Of a stretch of 64,000 bases of DNA, positions 38,055 through 48,267 are shown piece by piece. The DNA is from an uncultured Actinomycetes bacterium (GTDB lineage: Bacteria > Actinomycetota > Thermoleophilia > Gaiellales > JAICJC01): contig CAVSNF010000024.1 in assembly GCA_963729195.1 (NCBI GenBank), forward strand, positions 293,793 to 357,792. The letters are read 5' to 3'. The position numbers and the translations under genes are program-made. The notes beneath the pieces were generated by a model that ran no database searches, had not been told where the DNA came from, and worked only from the letters and a program-made list of their open reading frames with translations. Positions within the stretch are counted from its first letter, which is position 1. Each line of letters opens with the position of its first letter.

Positions 38055-39405
38055 ATGACAGACACTCCTCCGGCAGCCCCGACTCCCAGCCCCGCAGAGC
38101 TTCTGCGCAGCCGCAGCTACGTGGTGCTGGTTGTGGTGGGCGGCATCATCGGCGTGCCGATCGCGGCCTTCGCCTACTTCTATCTGAACCAGATCGGCGA
38201 CGCCCAGACGTGGGTGTTCACGACCCTGCCCAACGATCTGGGGTTCGACGGTGAGCCGAGCTGGTGGCCGCTGCTGCCGCTGACGATCAGCGGCGTGCTG
38301 GTGGCATTGACGCTGCAGTACCTGCCCGGCACCGGCGGCCACAAACCGGCCGAGGGCTTCAAGGCATCCGGCGGCCCGGTGCAGCCGATCGAGCTTCCCG
38401 GCATCATCGTGGCCTCGTTTGCCACCCTCAGCCTGGGTGTGGTGCTCGGACCCGAGGCGCCGCTGATCGCAATCGGCAGCGGCGCCGGCGTGCTGGCGAT
38501 CCATCTGCTCAAGCGCGATGCTCCCCAGATGGCGGTGGTCGTGATCGGTGCGGCCGGAAGCTTTGCCGCCATCAGCACCTTGCTGGGGTCGCCGCTGGTG
38601 GGTGCCTTTCTGCTGATGGAGGCCGCGGGTATCGGCGGCGGCATGATGAGCGTGGTGATGCTTCCCGGGCTGCTCGCATCGGGTGTCGGGAGCCCTGGTG
38701 TTCGTGGGTCTCAACAACTGGACCGGCGAGGGCACGTTCGGGCTCTCGATCCCCAACATCCCGCCCTTCACCACTCCGACCGTGGCCGAGTTCTTGTGGG
38801 CGTTTGGGATCGGCCTGGCCGCCGCGTTGGTCGGCACCGCGATCCGCCGCTCAGCGCTGTTCCTGCAGCCGATCGTCGAGCGCAGGATGTTGTTGCTGTT
38901 GCCGGTCGTCGGCTTCGTGATCGGGTCGATGGCGGTGATCTTCGGGGCGTTCACGGATCATCCGTCGTCAGAGGTGCTGTTCTCCGGTCAGGACGCGCTG
39001 CCCGGCCTGATCGACGGCGCCGCCGCCTGGTCGGTGGGCGCGCTGATACTGCTGGTGATCTGCAAGGGCACTGCCTACAGCTTCGCGCTCAGCGGCTTCC
39101 GCGGCGGCCCGGTGTTCCCCGGCATGTTCATCGGCGCAGCGGGCGGCATCGCCCTCTCGCATCTTCCCGGCCTGCCCATGATCGCCGGCGCCGCCATGGG
39201 AATCGGCGCGATGACCGCGGTCATGCTCAGGCTGCCGCTCACCGCGGTGCTCCTGGCGACGCTCTTTCTGAGCGCCGACGGGCTTGCACTGACCCCGCTC
39301 GTGGTGGTCGCGGTGGTGGTGGGGTATTTGGCGGCGGCACAGCTCGAGCCGGCCCCGCCCAAGCCCGAGGCAACTCCCGCCCCACCGGCGGCCAGTCCGG
39401 CGTAA
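38055..39405 (+). pseudogene. ClC-family voltage-gated chloride channel/antiporter; one +1 frameshift
   Basis: GSGIPE-region equivalent LQYLPGTGGHKPAEG, GPEAPLIAIGSGAG, GAAGSFAAISTLLGSPLVGAFLLME. Hop at ~38690 to LVFVGLNNW...GFRGGPVFPGMFIGAAGG...GAAMGIGAMTAVMLRLPLTAVLLATL. Confidence 0.85.
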
Positions 39406-39425
39406 CCCCTCCAGTGAGGGGATAG

Positions 39426-39939
39426 CTACCGGCGGATCTCCACCATCAGCACCCAGGCGTTGGTGATCGCCACCGCGAACGCCAACACCACCGCGGGGCC
39501 GAGCCAGTACAACCCCCCGCCGGTGCCCACCAGCAGACTGAGTCCACAGATCAAGAACGGGACGGTGGCAACCTGGCTGAGGACGGTGCGCAGGCGATAG
39601 TGGGACACCCACTCGTCGGGCGCCCGCGGTTGCCGGCTCGCTCGCACCGCCGCGAACCAGACAACGCCGCTCACGACCAGGATCTCGGCACCCAGGAGCG
39701 CGGCCCGCTGATCGGGGATCAGCCCCAGCGTCGCCACCAGCAGCACGTTCACGAGAAACGCGAGCGTCTCCATCGCCCGGCCTGGCAACGGCGGGTACTT
39801 GAGGATGTACTCGAGGTTGATCGACACCGCCACGAACAGCAAGCCGGTAAGCGCAGCCGACGGCGCCCGCCTCCGCGACGAAGAAGTCAGTCCAGGCCGA
39901 GGCCGCGTATCCGCTCACGCGCGCATCATCACAGTTCAC
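39426..39939 (-). pseudogene. multi-TM membrane protein, hypothetical; one +1 frameshift
   Basis: N-terminus (frame of ORF 38968..39939) ...VSGYAASAWTDFFVAEAGA. Hop at ~39850 to LTGLLFVAVSINLEYILKYPPLPGRAMETLAFLVNVLLVATLGL...; 5-6 predicted helices. Confidence 0.45.
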
Positions 39940-39989
39940 CCCTGGGGCGACAAGTGCCGTAACGTTTTCGGGACGGCACTTCGTGGAGA

Positions 39990-41211
39990 ATGGTGGTGAT
40001 GCAGACGTCAGGCCGAATGATCGTGCGACTCGCGGTGATCGCGTGGGTGGTCACGCTGCTGTTCGAGGTCGGGCTGTTTGGGTTCGGGTATGCCAATGCC
40101 GTCGGCGATCCGCTCCAGCACGACTCGACGGCGAACCTGCTGTCGTCAGCCGTTGCCGCGATCCTGGTATTCCAAAGCATGGCCACGATCGGCGTGCTGA
40201 TCGTCCGCCGCGATCCGCAAAACCGTGTTGGCTGGCTGTTCTGTGCTGCGCCACTGCTGATGATGGCCGGAAACTTCTTCTCCACGTACGGGGAGTACGC
40301 ACTCAATACGAACCCGGGGGCGCTGCCGGGCGGCGATTATGCCGCGCAGCTGAACTGGCTGTGGATCTACGGGATGACGCTGTTTGCCTCCTACGTGGTG
40401 CTGCTGTTTCCCGACGGCCGCCTGCTGACCCGGCGCTGGCGTCCGGTCGCGTGGCTCGGCGCCGCGTCACTCGGCTGCCTGTGGGTCGGCGTGATGTTCG
40501 CGCCCGGCCACCTCGACCCTCCACTCTCGCGATTCCGAAATCCGCTCGGCATCGACGGTGCTCGAGTATCTGTTGGCAGCGGGCCTGCTGGTGCCGGTGG
40601 TGATGGTGCTGGGGATCGTCTCGGGGGTGCTGCGATACCGGCGAGGTGGGCCCGTGGAGCGCCTGCAGATCCGCTGGTTTCTGACCGCTGTGATCGTGTT
40701 TGCAGTGTGCGTCGTCGCAAGTGCCGTGCTGAGTGCCGCCACCGGTATCGAGACTCCCGACGCGGTCTTTTTGACGCTGCTTTTGATGGTGCCGGTGTCG
40801 GTCGGCGTGGCGATCCTGCGCTATCGCCTGTACGAGATCGACGTGCTGATCCGAAAGACGCTGGTGTACGCCGGGCTGGTGGCATCACTGGCGGTGGTGT
40901 ATCTGGCCGGGATCTCGGTTCTCGGCTGGGCGTTTCGGTCACTCACGGGCCAGTCTGGGGCGCTTGCGGTGACGCTCTCGACACTCGCCGTGGCCGCGGC
41001 GTTCCAACCGCTGCGCGGGCGGATCCAGCGCGCGGTCGACCACCGGTTCTACCGGCGGACGTACGACGCGGCTCAGATCCTCGATGCATTCACGGGCAAG
41101 TTGCGAGAAGAGATCGAGCTGGACAATCTTCACGGTGAGGTGCTGCGAGCAGTGCATTCGACTGTCCAGCCGCGCCACGCGAGCCTCTGGCTGCGCCCGA
41201 AGGACACCTGA
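39990..41211 (+). pseudogene. membrane sensor-like module (histidine-kinase N-terminal type) lacking any kinase domain; one +1 frameshift
   Basis: About 9 TM helices. Hop at ~40560. C-terminal cytoplasmic segment ILRYRLYEIDVLIRKTLVYAGL...AAAFQPLRGRIQRAVDHRFYRRTYDAAQILDAFTGKLREEIELDNLHGEVLRAVHSTVQPRHASLWLRP normally precedes HisKA_3 in actinobacterial kinases. Here the ORF stops at 41211. Confidence 0.6.
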
Positions 41212-41294
41212 GAGAAACTGTCAAGAGGGGGTCTCCCTCAAGGATGTGACGGTCGATACAGATCCCAGGCTCCGCCACGCGGGGCGGATGTCCA

Positions 41295-42209
41295 ATGAGG
41301 GGGGAACTGTTGAGATCAAGAATGCGGATCTGCGCTGGGCTGTCGGTGGTCCTGGTAGCGGGACTGATCGGCCCGGCCGCGGCGGGAGCGAGTGTGGCCA
41401 GAGGATTGACCTTCACACCGCCCGCACCTGACGCGTTTGACTTCGGATCGGTTGCGGCCGGCCAGACGTCGTCGCAGGTATTCACGTTGACCTCGGGGCG
41501 ATGGGATCGCTTTACCGGCAGGCTCAAGATCAGCCTGTCCGGGTCGGCAGCGTTCTCCGTCACCTCCGACGGATGTACCGGCAAGTTCCTGACGCCGTGG
41601 CATCCAGCCTGCCAGGTGACGGTGCAGTACGCACCGACGGCGGGTGGACAGAGCGACGTCGCAACGCTCTCGGCGGCCGGCATGCACTGGTCGTGGTGGC
41701 ATCGATGGCACCGGCACGGGCTTAACACCGGCGTGACCCTCACGGGTACGAGCACCGGTGCGAGCACCGGCGGCACCGGTGGCACCGGCGGCGGACGGGT
41801 GGCGACCGGCGGGACCGGTGGCGTCGGCTCCACAGGGCCGGCCAACCTGCAGGTCACTCCAGGCACGCTCACCAGCACGTCGGCAGGCACCAACTCCTAC
41901 AGCTTCGACTTCGGGCAGATCAAGACGCTGGCCACGACGTTCACCGTCAAGAACGCCGGCGGAACGGCTTCGCTGCCCCTCGTCCTCAACGGCTGGGCAG
42001 ATGGTGGATACGCGCTCTCGAATGACACCTGCAGCGGACAGGCGCTCGCGCCCAACGCCAGCTGCACGTTCACCGAGACGTGGACAGCAAACAGCGACCC
42101 GATGTGCGATGCAGTCGGGACGCCGGTGGGACTCGACCCCGCGATCGGCTCGGCGGACGAATCCACCACGTACGTACAGATGGCGCTCGCCGCCAAGTGC
42201 GGCCGCTAG
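41295..42209 (+). CDS. secreted protein with two ASH/choice-of-anchor-D-like Ig-fold domains joined by a Gly/Thr linker
   Basis: Signal peptide (MRICAGLSVVLVAGLIGPAAAGA). FDFGSVAAGQTSSQVFTLT...GSAAFSVTSDGCTGKFLTP...CQVTVQYAPTAGGQS, and the second copy FDFGQIKTLATTFTVKNAGG...YALSNDTCSGQALAPNASCTFTETW. Confidence 0.65.
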   Translation: MRGELLRSRMRICAGLSVVLVAGLIGPAAAGASVARGLTFTPPAPDAFDFGSVAAGQTSSQVFTLTSGRWDRFTGRLKISLSGSAAFSVTSDGCTGKFLTPWHPACQVTVQYAPTAGGQSDVATLSAAGMHWSWWHRWHRHGLNTGVTLTGTSTGASTGGTGGTGGGRVATGGTGGVGSTGPANLQVTPGTLTSTSAGTNSYSFDFGQIKTLATTFTVKNAGGTASLPLVLNGWADGGYALSNDTCSGQALAPNASCTFTETWTANSDPMCDAVGTPVGLDPAIGSADESTTYVQMALAAKCGR

Positions 42210-42220
42210 CACCACCACGT

Positions 42221-42262
42221 GGCGTCGCCCCTCCGGGGGCGGCGCCGCGTTCGTTGTTGTTC
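42221..42262 (+). terminator. intrinsic-terminator-like hairpin with T-rich tail
   Basis: GGCGTCGCCCC-tccg-GGGGCGGCGCC: an 11-bp stem with one G.U pair, followed by GCGTTCGTTGTTGTTCGG, 12 nt after the stop at 42209. Confidence 0.55.
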
Positions 42263-42462
42263 GGCATGATGGCGAGCGCCGAACAGACCCCACCGTGCCT
42301 CCCGGTGCGTCCCCTCGTCGCCCCGGGAAGCACGGCTACCCCTTCGCTCACAGTAGGAGCACGGCGCGGACTCGACTGCCTCGACGTTGACGCTGCGAAC
42401 GTCACCGCCGACACACACGCGGAGGTGACCGGAGAGCGGATTTCCTCGTGTAGGCTCACGGC

Positions 42463-42741
42463 GTGTTTGACAAGCGGTCACTGCGGGTGCTGGCACAGTT
42501 CTTCGAGCGGTTCGAAGAGCTGCGGGGAAGCGGCCGGGTGGATGTCGTTTTGCGCTCCACCGGCGTGGACGAGGGCGTCACCCAGACGACCGTGATCGAC
42601 GACACGATGGTGCTGATCGAGTTCGGCGACGGCCACGCCCGGTTCGTCCCCATGGAAGAGATCACGCAGTTGGTTGTGTGGGAGGACGAGAAGACCGAGT
42701 TCGGCTTCAGCATCGGCAGCCAGGTGCCGCCGGAGGGCTAG
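42463..42741 (+). CDS. hypothetical protein (92 aa)
   Basis: GTG-start ORF MFDKRSLRVLAQFFERFEELRGSGRVDVVLRSTGVDEGV...VVWEDEKTEFGFSIG with protein-like composition. No family recognised. Confidence 0.45.
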   Translation: MFDKRSLRVLAQFFERFEELRGSGRVDVVLRSTGVDEGVTQTTVIDDTMVLIEFGDGHARFVPMEEITQLVVWEDEKTEFGFSIGSQVPPEG

Positions 42742-43066
42742 ACTTCGCGTCGGCTTCACGTCGGCGCGACTGCACCACCTGGTCGATCGTGACCGCGCCG
42801 CTGACCGCGTTGACAGCTCCCATCCACGCGAACATCGCACCGACCGCCGCGTTGAGGGCGTCAGGCGGGGAGTAATGCATCGCGGCAACGGCGAGCACCA
42901 GGCCACCGACCGCCAGGATCACCGCCCACGACCACGCGGCGATCCGAGCCGCCCGGGTCGGGTGCTGCGCCCGGCGGAGAATCACCGCCGCGATCAGCGC
43001 GCCGAACGCTGCTCCGAGAGCACCGGTGAATCCGGCCAGTCCGATGAGGGCACCAATCATGTCCAT
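42707..43066 (-). CDS. small membrane protein, hypothetical
   Basis: ATG 43066 MDMIGALIGLAGFTGALGAAFGALIAAVIL...SWAVILAVGGLVLAVAAM...; 3-4 helices. The 3' end overlaps the convergent 42463..42741 ORF and is uncertain. Confidence 0.4.
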   Translation of the reverse strand: MDMIGALIGLAGFTGALGAAFGALIAAVILRRAQHPTRAARIAAWSWAVILAVGGLVLAVAAMHYSPPDALNAAVGAMFAWMGAVNAVSGAVTIDQVVQSRRREADAKSSPPAAPGCRC

Positions 43067-43176
43067 AGGCAAGTCTGCAGCGGGGCCACCCAGCCCGCGT
43101 CGGGGGTATCCCCACCGTTTGACCACCGGCCGAGTTCTGCTCAGAGTTGTAGACTATGCAATTCTAGGTATTATGG

Positions 43177-43596
43177 ATGAACATGTCGCAGAGAATCGCC
43201 GTCATCGTCGTGCTGCTCGTGGGTCTCGCCACCGCGTTTGTGCTGCTGCGATCGGGAGCCTCGAAGATGGTGGTCGATGCTCCCATGCCGCCTCGCGCGC
43301 TGTATCTGCTATGGGCAGCGTTTGCGACCGTGTGGATCACGATCGCTGCGGCATGGTTCGTCTCAACACTCTGCGCTCGCCCGCGCCGAGCGAACGCGGT
43401 GCGCTCCTCAGCTGTGTTGGTCGTTTGCACGCTGGCATTGCTCTGCGTCGGGGAAGTGGCCGCCTACGTGGGCAAGCACCCCAATAGCCCCTCCTCGCAC
43501 TGGTACGCCATCGGGGTGTTCTTCATCGGCGTGGCGGTGATTGCGGTGCTCGGGAAATGGGCCGAGCGGTTACTGGTTCGACCGGCGACTGCGTAG
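43177..43596 (+). CDS. four-TM membrane protein, hypothetical
   Basis: 139-aa ORF: MNMSQRIAVIVVLLVGLATAFVLL...LYLLWAAFATVWITIAAAWFV...AVLVVCTLALLCVGEVAAYV...AIGVFFIGVAVIAVLG. Confidence 0.5.
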   Translation: MNMSQRIAVIVVLLVGLATAFVLLRSGASKMVVDAPMPPRALYLLWAAFATVWITIAAAWFVSTLCARPRRANAVRSSAVLVVCTLALLCVGEVAAYVGKHPNSPSSHWYAIGVFFIGVAVIAVLGKWAERLLVRPATA

Positions 43597-43788
43597 TCGC
43601 ATCGCCTCCAGAAAGCCGAGTGCGGCGCCCGCAAGCGCGGCCAGCAACACGCTCACCGGGTTGAAATTCCCGCTGCGGATCAGATCGACCACTGTGAATC
43701 CGATGGCCAGCAGGATCGCAAGCCCGATTCCGGACTTGATGCCGTATGCCAATGGTGAGTCGGTCTCGCGATTGGGGAGCAGCAACAT
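43570..43788 (-). CDS. small two-TM membrane protein, hypothetical
   Basis: 72-aa ORF with helices GIGLAILLAIGFTVVDLI and VSVLLAALAGAALGFL. Confidence 0.35.
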   Translation of the reverse strand: MLLLPNRETDSPLAYGIKSGIGLAILLAIGFTVVDLIRSGNFNPVSVLLAALAGAALGFLEAMRLRSRRSNQ

Positions 43789-43860
43789 GGATCGACTCTA
43801 CCCGGACCGGCAGCGAAGCACGCCACGGTATACGATCGCGAGATCAACCAGGAGGGTGGC

Positions 43861-44145
43861 ATGGGACTCGCACGCGTAGTCGGATTTGACGGCGTCACCA
43901 AGAGCCGGATCGAGGAGTTGCGCAAGGAGATCGGCGAGGGCGGGCGGCCGGACGAAGTGCCGGCAACCGAGATCCTCATCCTTCACGACGAGGAGGGCGA
44001 GAAGTCACTCGCGATCGTGTTCTTCGACAACGAAGCGGACTACCAGCGCGGCGACGCGGCACTCAGCGCGATGCCCGCCGGCGACACTCCGGGGAGCCGC
44101 ACGTCGGTCACGAAGTACACCGTCGCAATCCGCATGCAAGCCTGA
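43861..44145 (+). CDS. hypothetical protein (94 aa)
   Basis: ORF MGLARVVGFDGVTKSRIEELRKEIGEGGRPDEVPATEILILHDEEGEKSLAIVFFDNEADYQRGDAAL... with protein-like composition. No family recognised. Confidence 0.5.
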   Translation: MGLARVVGFDGVTKSRIEELRKEIGEGGRPDEVPATEILILHDEEGEKSLAIVFFDNEADYQRGDAALSAMPAGDTPGSRTSVTKYTVAIRMQA

Positions 44146-44179
44146 GCGAGAGCGAACTCGGCGCGTTCCGAGACGCAGA

Positions 44180-44620
44180 CTACGCGTCGAGTTCGTGCAC
44201 GCCTGCGAACACGCGCACGTGCATCCCGTCGACATCGATGCGTCCCTCGGCGATGCAGACGATCTCGTTCAACCAGCGATAGCGCTCATCTTCGGCTTCG
44301 AACCAGCCCACCAGGCTCTGCCGACCGGTTGGATCGTCCCCGAACACCGTGCGCCCCTGGAGTTCGAAGAGGATCGACGCGCCATCGTCGGTGGTGATCA
44401 GGCCACGCACGTTGGGAAGCAGGCAGCCGTCGCTGCGCCGGCGAGGGTAGTTCGACCACACGGCGTTTCCGGTGATCCGCCCGCCGACCGTTCCGCGGCC
44501 CTCGCCGTAGCCGGTGCCCTCCTCGCTGCTATACGGGCTGATCAGGTCGTAGCCGGGCGCCTTCACACGGACGTCCTCGTCATAGCTCCAAACGAACTCG
44601 CAGACTGGCTCTAGGCGCAC
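44180..44620 (-). CDS. DUF3237-like beta-barrel protein
   Basis: 146-aa ORF. GRGTVGGRITGNAVWSNYPRRRSDGCLLPNVRGLITTDDGASILFELQGR...RWLNEIVCIAEGRID resembles the DUF3237/UPF0311 pattern as I recall it. Confidence 0.5.
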   Translation of the reverse strand: MRLEPVCEFVWSYDEDVRVKAPGYDLISPYSSEEGTGYGEGRGTVGGRITGNAVWSNYPRRRSDGCLLPNVRGLITTDDGASILFELQGRTVFGDDPTGRQSLVGWFEAEDERYRWLNEIVCIAEGRIDVDGMHVRVFAGVHELDA

Positions 44621-44630
44621 GCGGCCACGC

Positions 44631-44828
44631 TCAAATCGCTCCGCGGTGAGGGCGCGTCTCGTGACGTCTCCGGTATCGATCGATCACTCCGATCACCACA
44701 ACCGCGTAGACGACGATCGGGAACAACACGATCGGCCACGCGGGATGCAGTACGACCGGGATGGTCAGCAGGCACAGTAGTACGGCGCCCGGAATCGACA
44801 ACTCGATCCGCTGGATGATCGCCCACAT
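44631..44828 (-). CDS. small two-TM membrane protein, hypothetical
   Basis: 65-aa ORF: IPGAVLLCLLTIPVVL and IVLFPIVVYAVVVIGVI. Confidence 0.3.
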   Translation of the reverse strand: MWAIIQRIELSIPGAVLLCLLTIPVVLHPAWPIVLFPIVVYAVVVIGVIDRYRRRHETRPHRGAI

Positions 44829-44897
44829 GCACCAATTCTACGCCTCTGGCACACGCGCAACGAACTATCCCGCCAGATGTGCGTGACGTCGCCGCGG

Positions 44898-45494
44898 TCA
44901 GGCGGGCGGGAGCTTCTGCGGGTAGAAGGTCTCGCCGCGGGCGAGCATTGCCGTAAACTGCTCGACCCGCCGCGCCCGCGTGTCAGCCCGTTTGGCGGTC
45001 GTTACCCGGTAGAGGATGGCGTAGCGGTTCTGGCTGCTGAGCTGCCCGAACATCCGCTTGGCGTCTGGGTTGGCGGCGAGCGCGGCCACCAGGTCGGCGG
45101 GCACCTCGATCGTGGCCGGGCCGGCGTAGGCCGCCTCCCAGCGCCCGTCGGCCTGCGCCCGATCGATCTCGGCCTGCCCTGCCGGCTGCATGCGGCCATC
45201 CTCGAGCAGGCGGGCGACGATGCCGACATTGCGCTTCGACCAGGGGCTGCGCGTACGCCGCCGCGTGAAGCGCTGGTAATAGGTGCCCTCGTCACGGCGC
45301 TTGACCTGGCCGTCGATCCATCCGAAGCAGAGCGCCTCGTCCAGGGCCTGGTCATAGCTGAGACTGGTCGGCTGCGTGGTGCCCTTCTTGGCCAGCACGA
45401 GCCGCACACCCCGCGAATCGGCGTGGTGCGCCTCCAGCCACGCCCGCCAGGCGGCGGAATCGGACACGATCAGTTCGGCGAGCTCGTCAGCCAT
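44898..45494 (-). CDS. YdeI/OmpD-associated family protein
   Basis: ATG 45494 MADELAELIVSDSAAWRAWLEAHHADSRGVRLVLAKKG...SYDQALDEALCFGWIDGQ...YYQRFTRRRTRSPWSKRN...NRYAILYRVTTAKRADTRARRV. Confidence 0.7.
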   Translation of the reverse strand: MADELAELIVSDSAAWRAWLEAHHADSRGVRLVLAKKGTTQPTSLSYDQALDEALCFGWIDGQVKRRDEGTYYQRFTRRRTRSPWSKRNVGIVARLLEDGRMQPAGQAEIDRAQADGRWEAAYAGPATIEVPADLVAALAANPDAKRMFGQLSSQNRYAILYRVTTAKRADTRARRVEQFTAMLARGETFYPQKLPPA

Positions 45495-45568
45495 GCAGGA
45501 AGTCTGCCAGCCCACAGCTCAGGTTTGATTCCTGCTTCAAGGGAAGCGCAAAGGATGTGCGGGCATCA

Positions 45569-45641
<73 letters not shown>

Positions 45642-45669
45642 CGGCGCGGCGGAGTTTACCAACGCCCGC

Positions 45670-46290
45670 TCAAGCGCCGAGCGGCGTGATCACCGTCTGC
45701 GGGTGCTTGTCCTGAAAGCGCTGCTGATCACGGGCCACTTCTCGCCGGATCCAGGCCGCCAGCTCGGGCACCGGTGTGTTGACCGTCTGCGAGAGGGCGT
45801 GGCGGATGCGTGACTCCGAGACGAGCACGGGCGGAAGCCCCGCCTGGCGCAGCCGTACGAGCAGATCAGTGTCCTGGTACCAGACGCTGAACCGAGCATC
45901 GAAGAACTGCCCGCGAGCCACCCCAAAGCGGTCAATTGTGGCCTGCGAGAGGGCGAAGCACCAGGCGGCGAAGTCTGTCCGCATGGCGGTGTCGATGGTC
46001 GTGGGAAAGGTCACCGATGCCCCCGCATCAAGCCCCGCCCGCAGCGGTGGCCACCAGCCCGGGAGCGGCTCGACATCGTCGTTCATCACCACCACGTAGC
46101 GACCGGCGGCGGCACGGATGCCGGCGTTCACGGGCGCCGTGTACCCCTGCGGCGAGGAGCCGTTGTCCACCACGATCACCTCGTGGGTCTCGGGAGTCGT
46201 GCACGCGATCGCGCGCAGACACGAGCCAACCCGCTCGCCTGCGGCGTCGAGCGTCGGGATCACGATGCTGAGCTCCGGCCCACGTGCCGC
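45670..46290 (-). CDS. GT2-family glycosyltransferase (5' boundary unresolved; may be fused to the upstream GT2)
   Basis: ELSIVIPTLDAAGERVGSCLRAI...HEVIVVDNGSSPQG...GRYVVVMNDDVEP (DxD-like)...WCFALSQATIDRFG. No in-frame start codon lies near the domain start. The upstream GT2 frame joins it by a +1 shift (frames 1>0). Confidence 0.6.
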   Translation of the reverse strand, partial: AARGPELSIVIPTLDAAGERVGSCLRAIACTTPETHEVIVVDNGSSPQGYTAPVNAGIRAAAGRYVVVMNDDVEPLPGWWPPLRAGLDAGASVTFPTTIDTAMRTDFAAWCFALSQATIDRFGVARGQFFDARFSVWYQDTDLLVRLRQAGLPPVLVSESRIRHALSQTVNTPVPELAAWIRREVARDQQRFQDKHPQTVITPLGA

Positions 46291-46843
46291 GATCGTGACG
46301 CGGCGGTCCCGGCCTCCTGCTCGCCGGAAGGACGACGCACTCCCGCACCGCAACCACCCGACCGTGGCGCGCCGCCTCGGTGCACAGCGCCGGCAGGACG
46401 TACGTGTCCCCCACCTGCGGGCAGCCGCCGACCGCCGTGAAGATCGCGCGCTCGACCGCCACAACCGGGCTCTCCACGGGGTGTGCACCTGGCTGCCCGG
46501 CCGCAACGCCGCTCGCGAGCACGACATCGTCCGCAATCGCGTCGACGAGCGGGCCCAGCCACCGCGCCTCCACCTCCGGCGTCTCTCGCAGAATCACCAG
46601 GACATCGCCGGACGCAGCTGCGGCGCCGCAGTTCACGGCCGCCGCAAACCCGACACCTCTGCCGGTCTCGATCACCTGGACACTGCCTCCCAACCGCTCC
46701 ATCAGCGACTCCAGGCCGACCGCGCCGTCATCGACGATCACGATCTCGTGACTCGGCAACTCCGCCGCCCGTGCCAGCGAGAGAAAGCATCTCCAGGCCT
46801 GGTCGAGGTCACCCCGGATCGGCACGATCACCGATGCCCTCAC
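46291..46843 (-). CDS. GT2-family glycosyltransferase (3' boundary unresolved)
   Basis: GTG 46843, 3 nt after the upstream stop. MRASVIVPIRGDLDQAWRCFLSLA...HEIVIVDDGAVG...GFAAAVNCGAAAASGDVLVILRE...HGRVVAVRECVVLPA. No stop in this frame before 46028. Confidence 0.6.
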
Positions 46844-46845
46844 AA

Positions 46846-47259
46846 TCAGCCTGCCTTCGACGGCAGCTGTCGCGCCGGATTTCCCGCCCACACCTCACCG
46901 GCCGGAACGTCCCTGATGACCACCGCTCCGGCTCCCAGTCGAGCGCCGTCTCCGATCGTGATGTACGGCCGGATCATCACACCCACACCGATCCTGACCC
47001 GGTCACCGATCGTGCAGTGCCCGGCAATGGCGGTCATCGGAGCGATCTCGCAGTCGTCGCCGATCTCACAGTCGTGACCGACGTGCACCTTCTTCATCAG
47101 CCAGGTGCGATTGCCGACTCTGGTGGCTCGCTCCACACCCGCGTCGACGGTGACGAACGCCTCGATGCGAGCGTCGGGCGCGATCTCCGGAGCGATGCCG
47201 TCGCCCTCGAAACCGCGCATCTCCGGTCGCTCGCCGATCAATGCCAGCGGTGAGATCAC
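46846..47259 (-). CDS. left-handed beta-helix (hexapeptide-repeat) acyl/acetyltransferase
   Basis: GTG 47259 (GGGAGG upstream, GTGA overlap with the upstream stop). IAPDARIEAFVTVDAGV...VHVGHDCEIGDDCEIAPMTAIAGHCTIGDRVRIGVGVMIRPYITIGDGARLGAGAVVIRDV. Confidence 0.8.
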   Translation of the reverse strand: MISPLALIGERPEMRGFEGDGIAPEIAPDARIEAFVTVDAGVERATRVGNRTWLMKKVHVGHDCEIGDDCEIAPMTAIAGHCTIGDRVRIGVGVMIRPYITIGDGARLGAGAVVIRDVPAGEVWAGNPARQLPSKAG

Positions 47260-48267
47260 GCCGTACCTCCCTGGATGGACTGGATCCGAGTGGCCACTTC
47301 GCCGTCCCACGGGTTGTGCGCGAGCGCTGCGACCAGGTCGCAGGCCGCCAGCGCCACCTCTCCCCTGCGCTCCCGGGCATCAGCCGCCTCGACCCGCAGC
47401 CGACATGCCTCGCGGCGGGCAGCGTCTACCGGCAGCAGCGACTCCAGCGTCACGCCGAGATGGTGAGAGACGTTCGAGGCAAGGTGCACCATGGCGCTGT
47501 AGCCGGCCAACAGCTCACCCGGCGTGACGGCGCCAGGCGGCAGGGAGGTGAGCATGTAGCGGCGGAACGGAAGCTCTGCGCCGACGATCTGCTGGAGTTT
47601 CGAACCCGACGCGCCCAGATTCATGTTGTCGGTGTGGCGGCGGTAGCGATAGAGCGGCTCTCGGATCAGCCCGATCTCCGCGACCTGTGCCACGTGAAAC
47701 GCGATCCACCAGTCCTCCCAGGCCGCCAGCTCCGGGACGATCGGCGCGAACCGGTCGACCAGCGATGCCCGCACCATCAGCGGGCCGCCCGAGACGACGT
47801 TTCGCTGGAGCAGCATCGGCAAGATCGAACCCTCGACCGACGGCACGCTTGAACGCCTCGAGAAACGATGGATGCAGGCACGCCCCCTGGTCGTCCATCA
47901 CCAGCATGTCGCTGTGGACGAGTCCCACCTGGGGGTGGCCGGCGAGATATGCGACTTGCCGCTCGGTCTTGCTCGGCACCCACGTGTCATCGGCCGATAG
48001 AAACGAGATCAGATCGCCAGTTGCCGCGTCCAGGCCGCAGTTGATGGACGAGAGCAGACCCCCGTTGGGCTTTTGGATGTAGGTGAGGCGGTCGCGGTAG
48101 CGCGCGGCCACGCCGGCCGTATCGTCGGTCGAACCGTCGTCGACGACGATGATCTGGATCAGCTCGGGCGGGTATGACTGGGCGAGCACGCTCTCGATGG
48201 CGGCACCCAGATACCGGCCGTAGTTATAGGCCGAGATGATGCAGGAGACGGTGGGCTGACCGCTCAT
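47256..48267 (-). pseudogene. GT2-family glycosyltransferase; one +1 frameshift
   Basis: MSGQPTVSCIISAYNYGRYLGAAIESVLAQSYP...IIVVDDGSTDDT...GGLLSSINCGLDAATGDLISFLSADDTW. Hop at ~47850 to PSVEGSILPMLLQRNVVSGGPLMVRASL...EDWWIAFHVA...LYRYRRH. Confidence 0.8.

Noticed and set aside
41740-41830. Short tandem GGCACCGGN repeats
   Set aside because: They lie in frame inside the ASH-domain protein and encode a Gly/Thr linker (TGASTGGTGGTGGG...). This is a coding low-complexity linker, not an independent repeat element or CRISPR.
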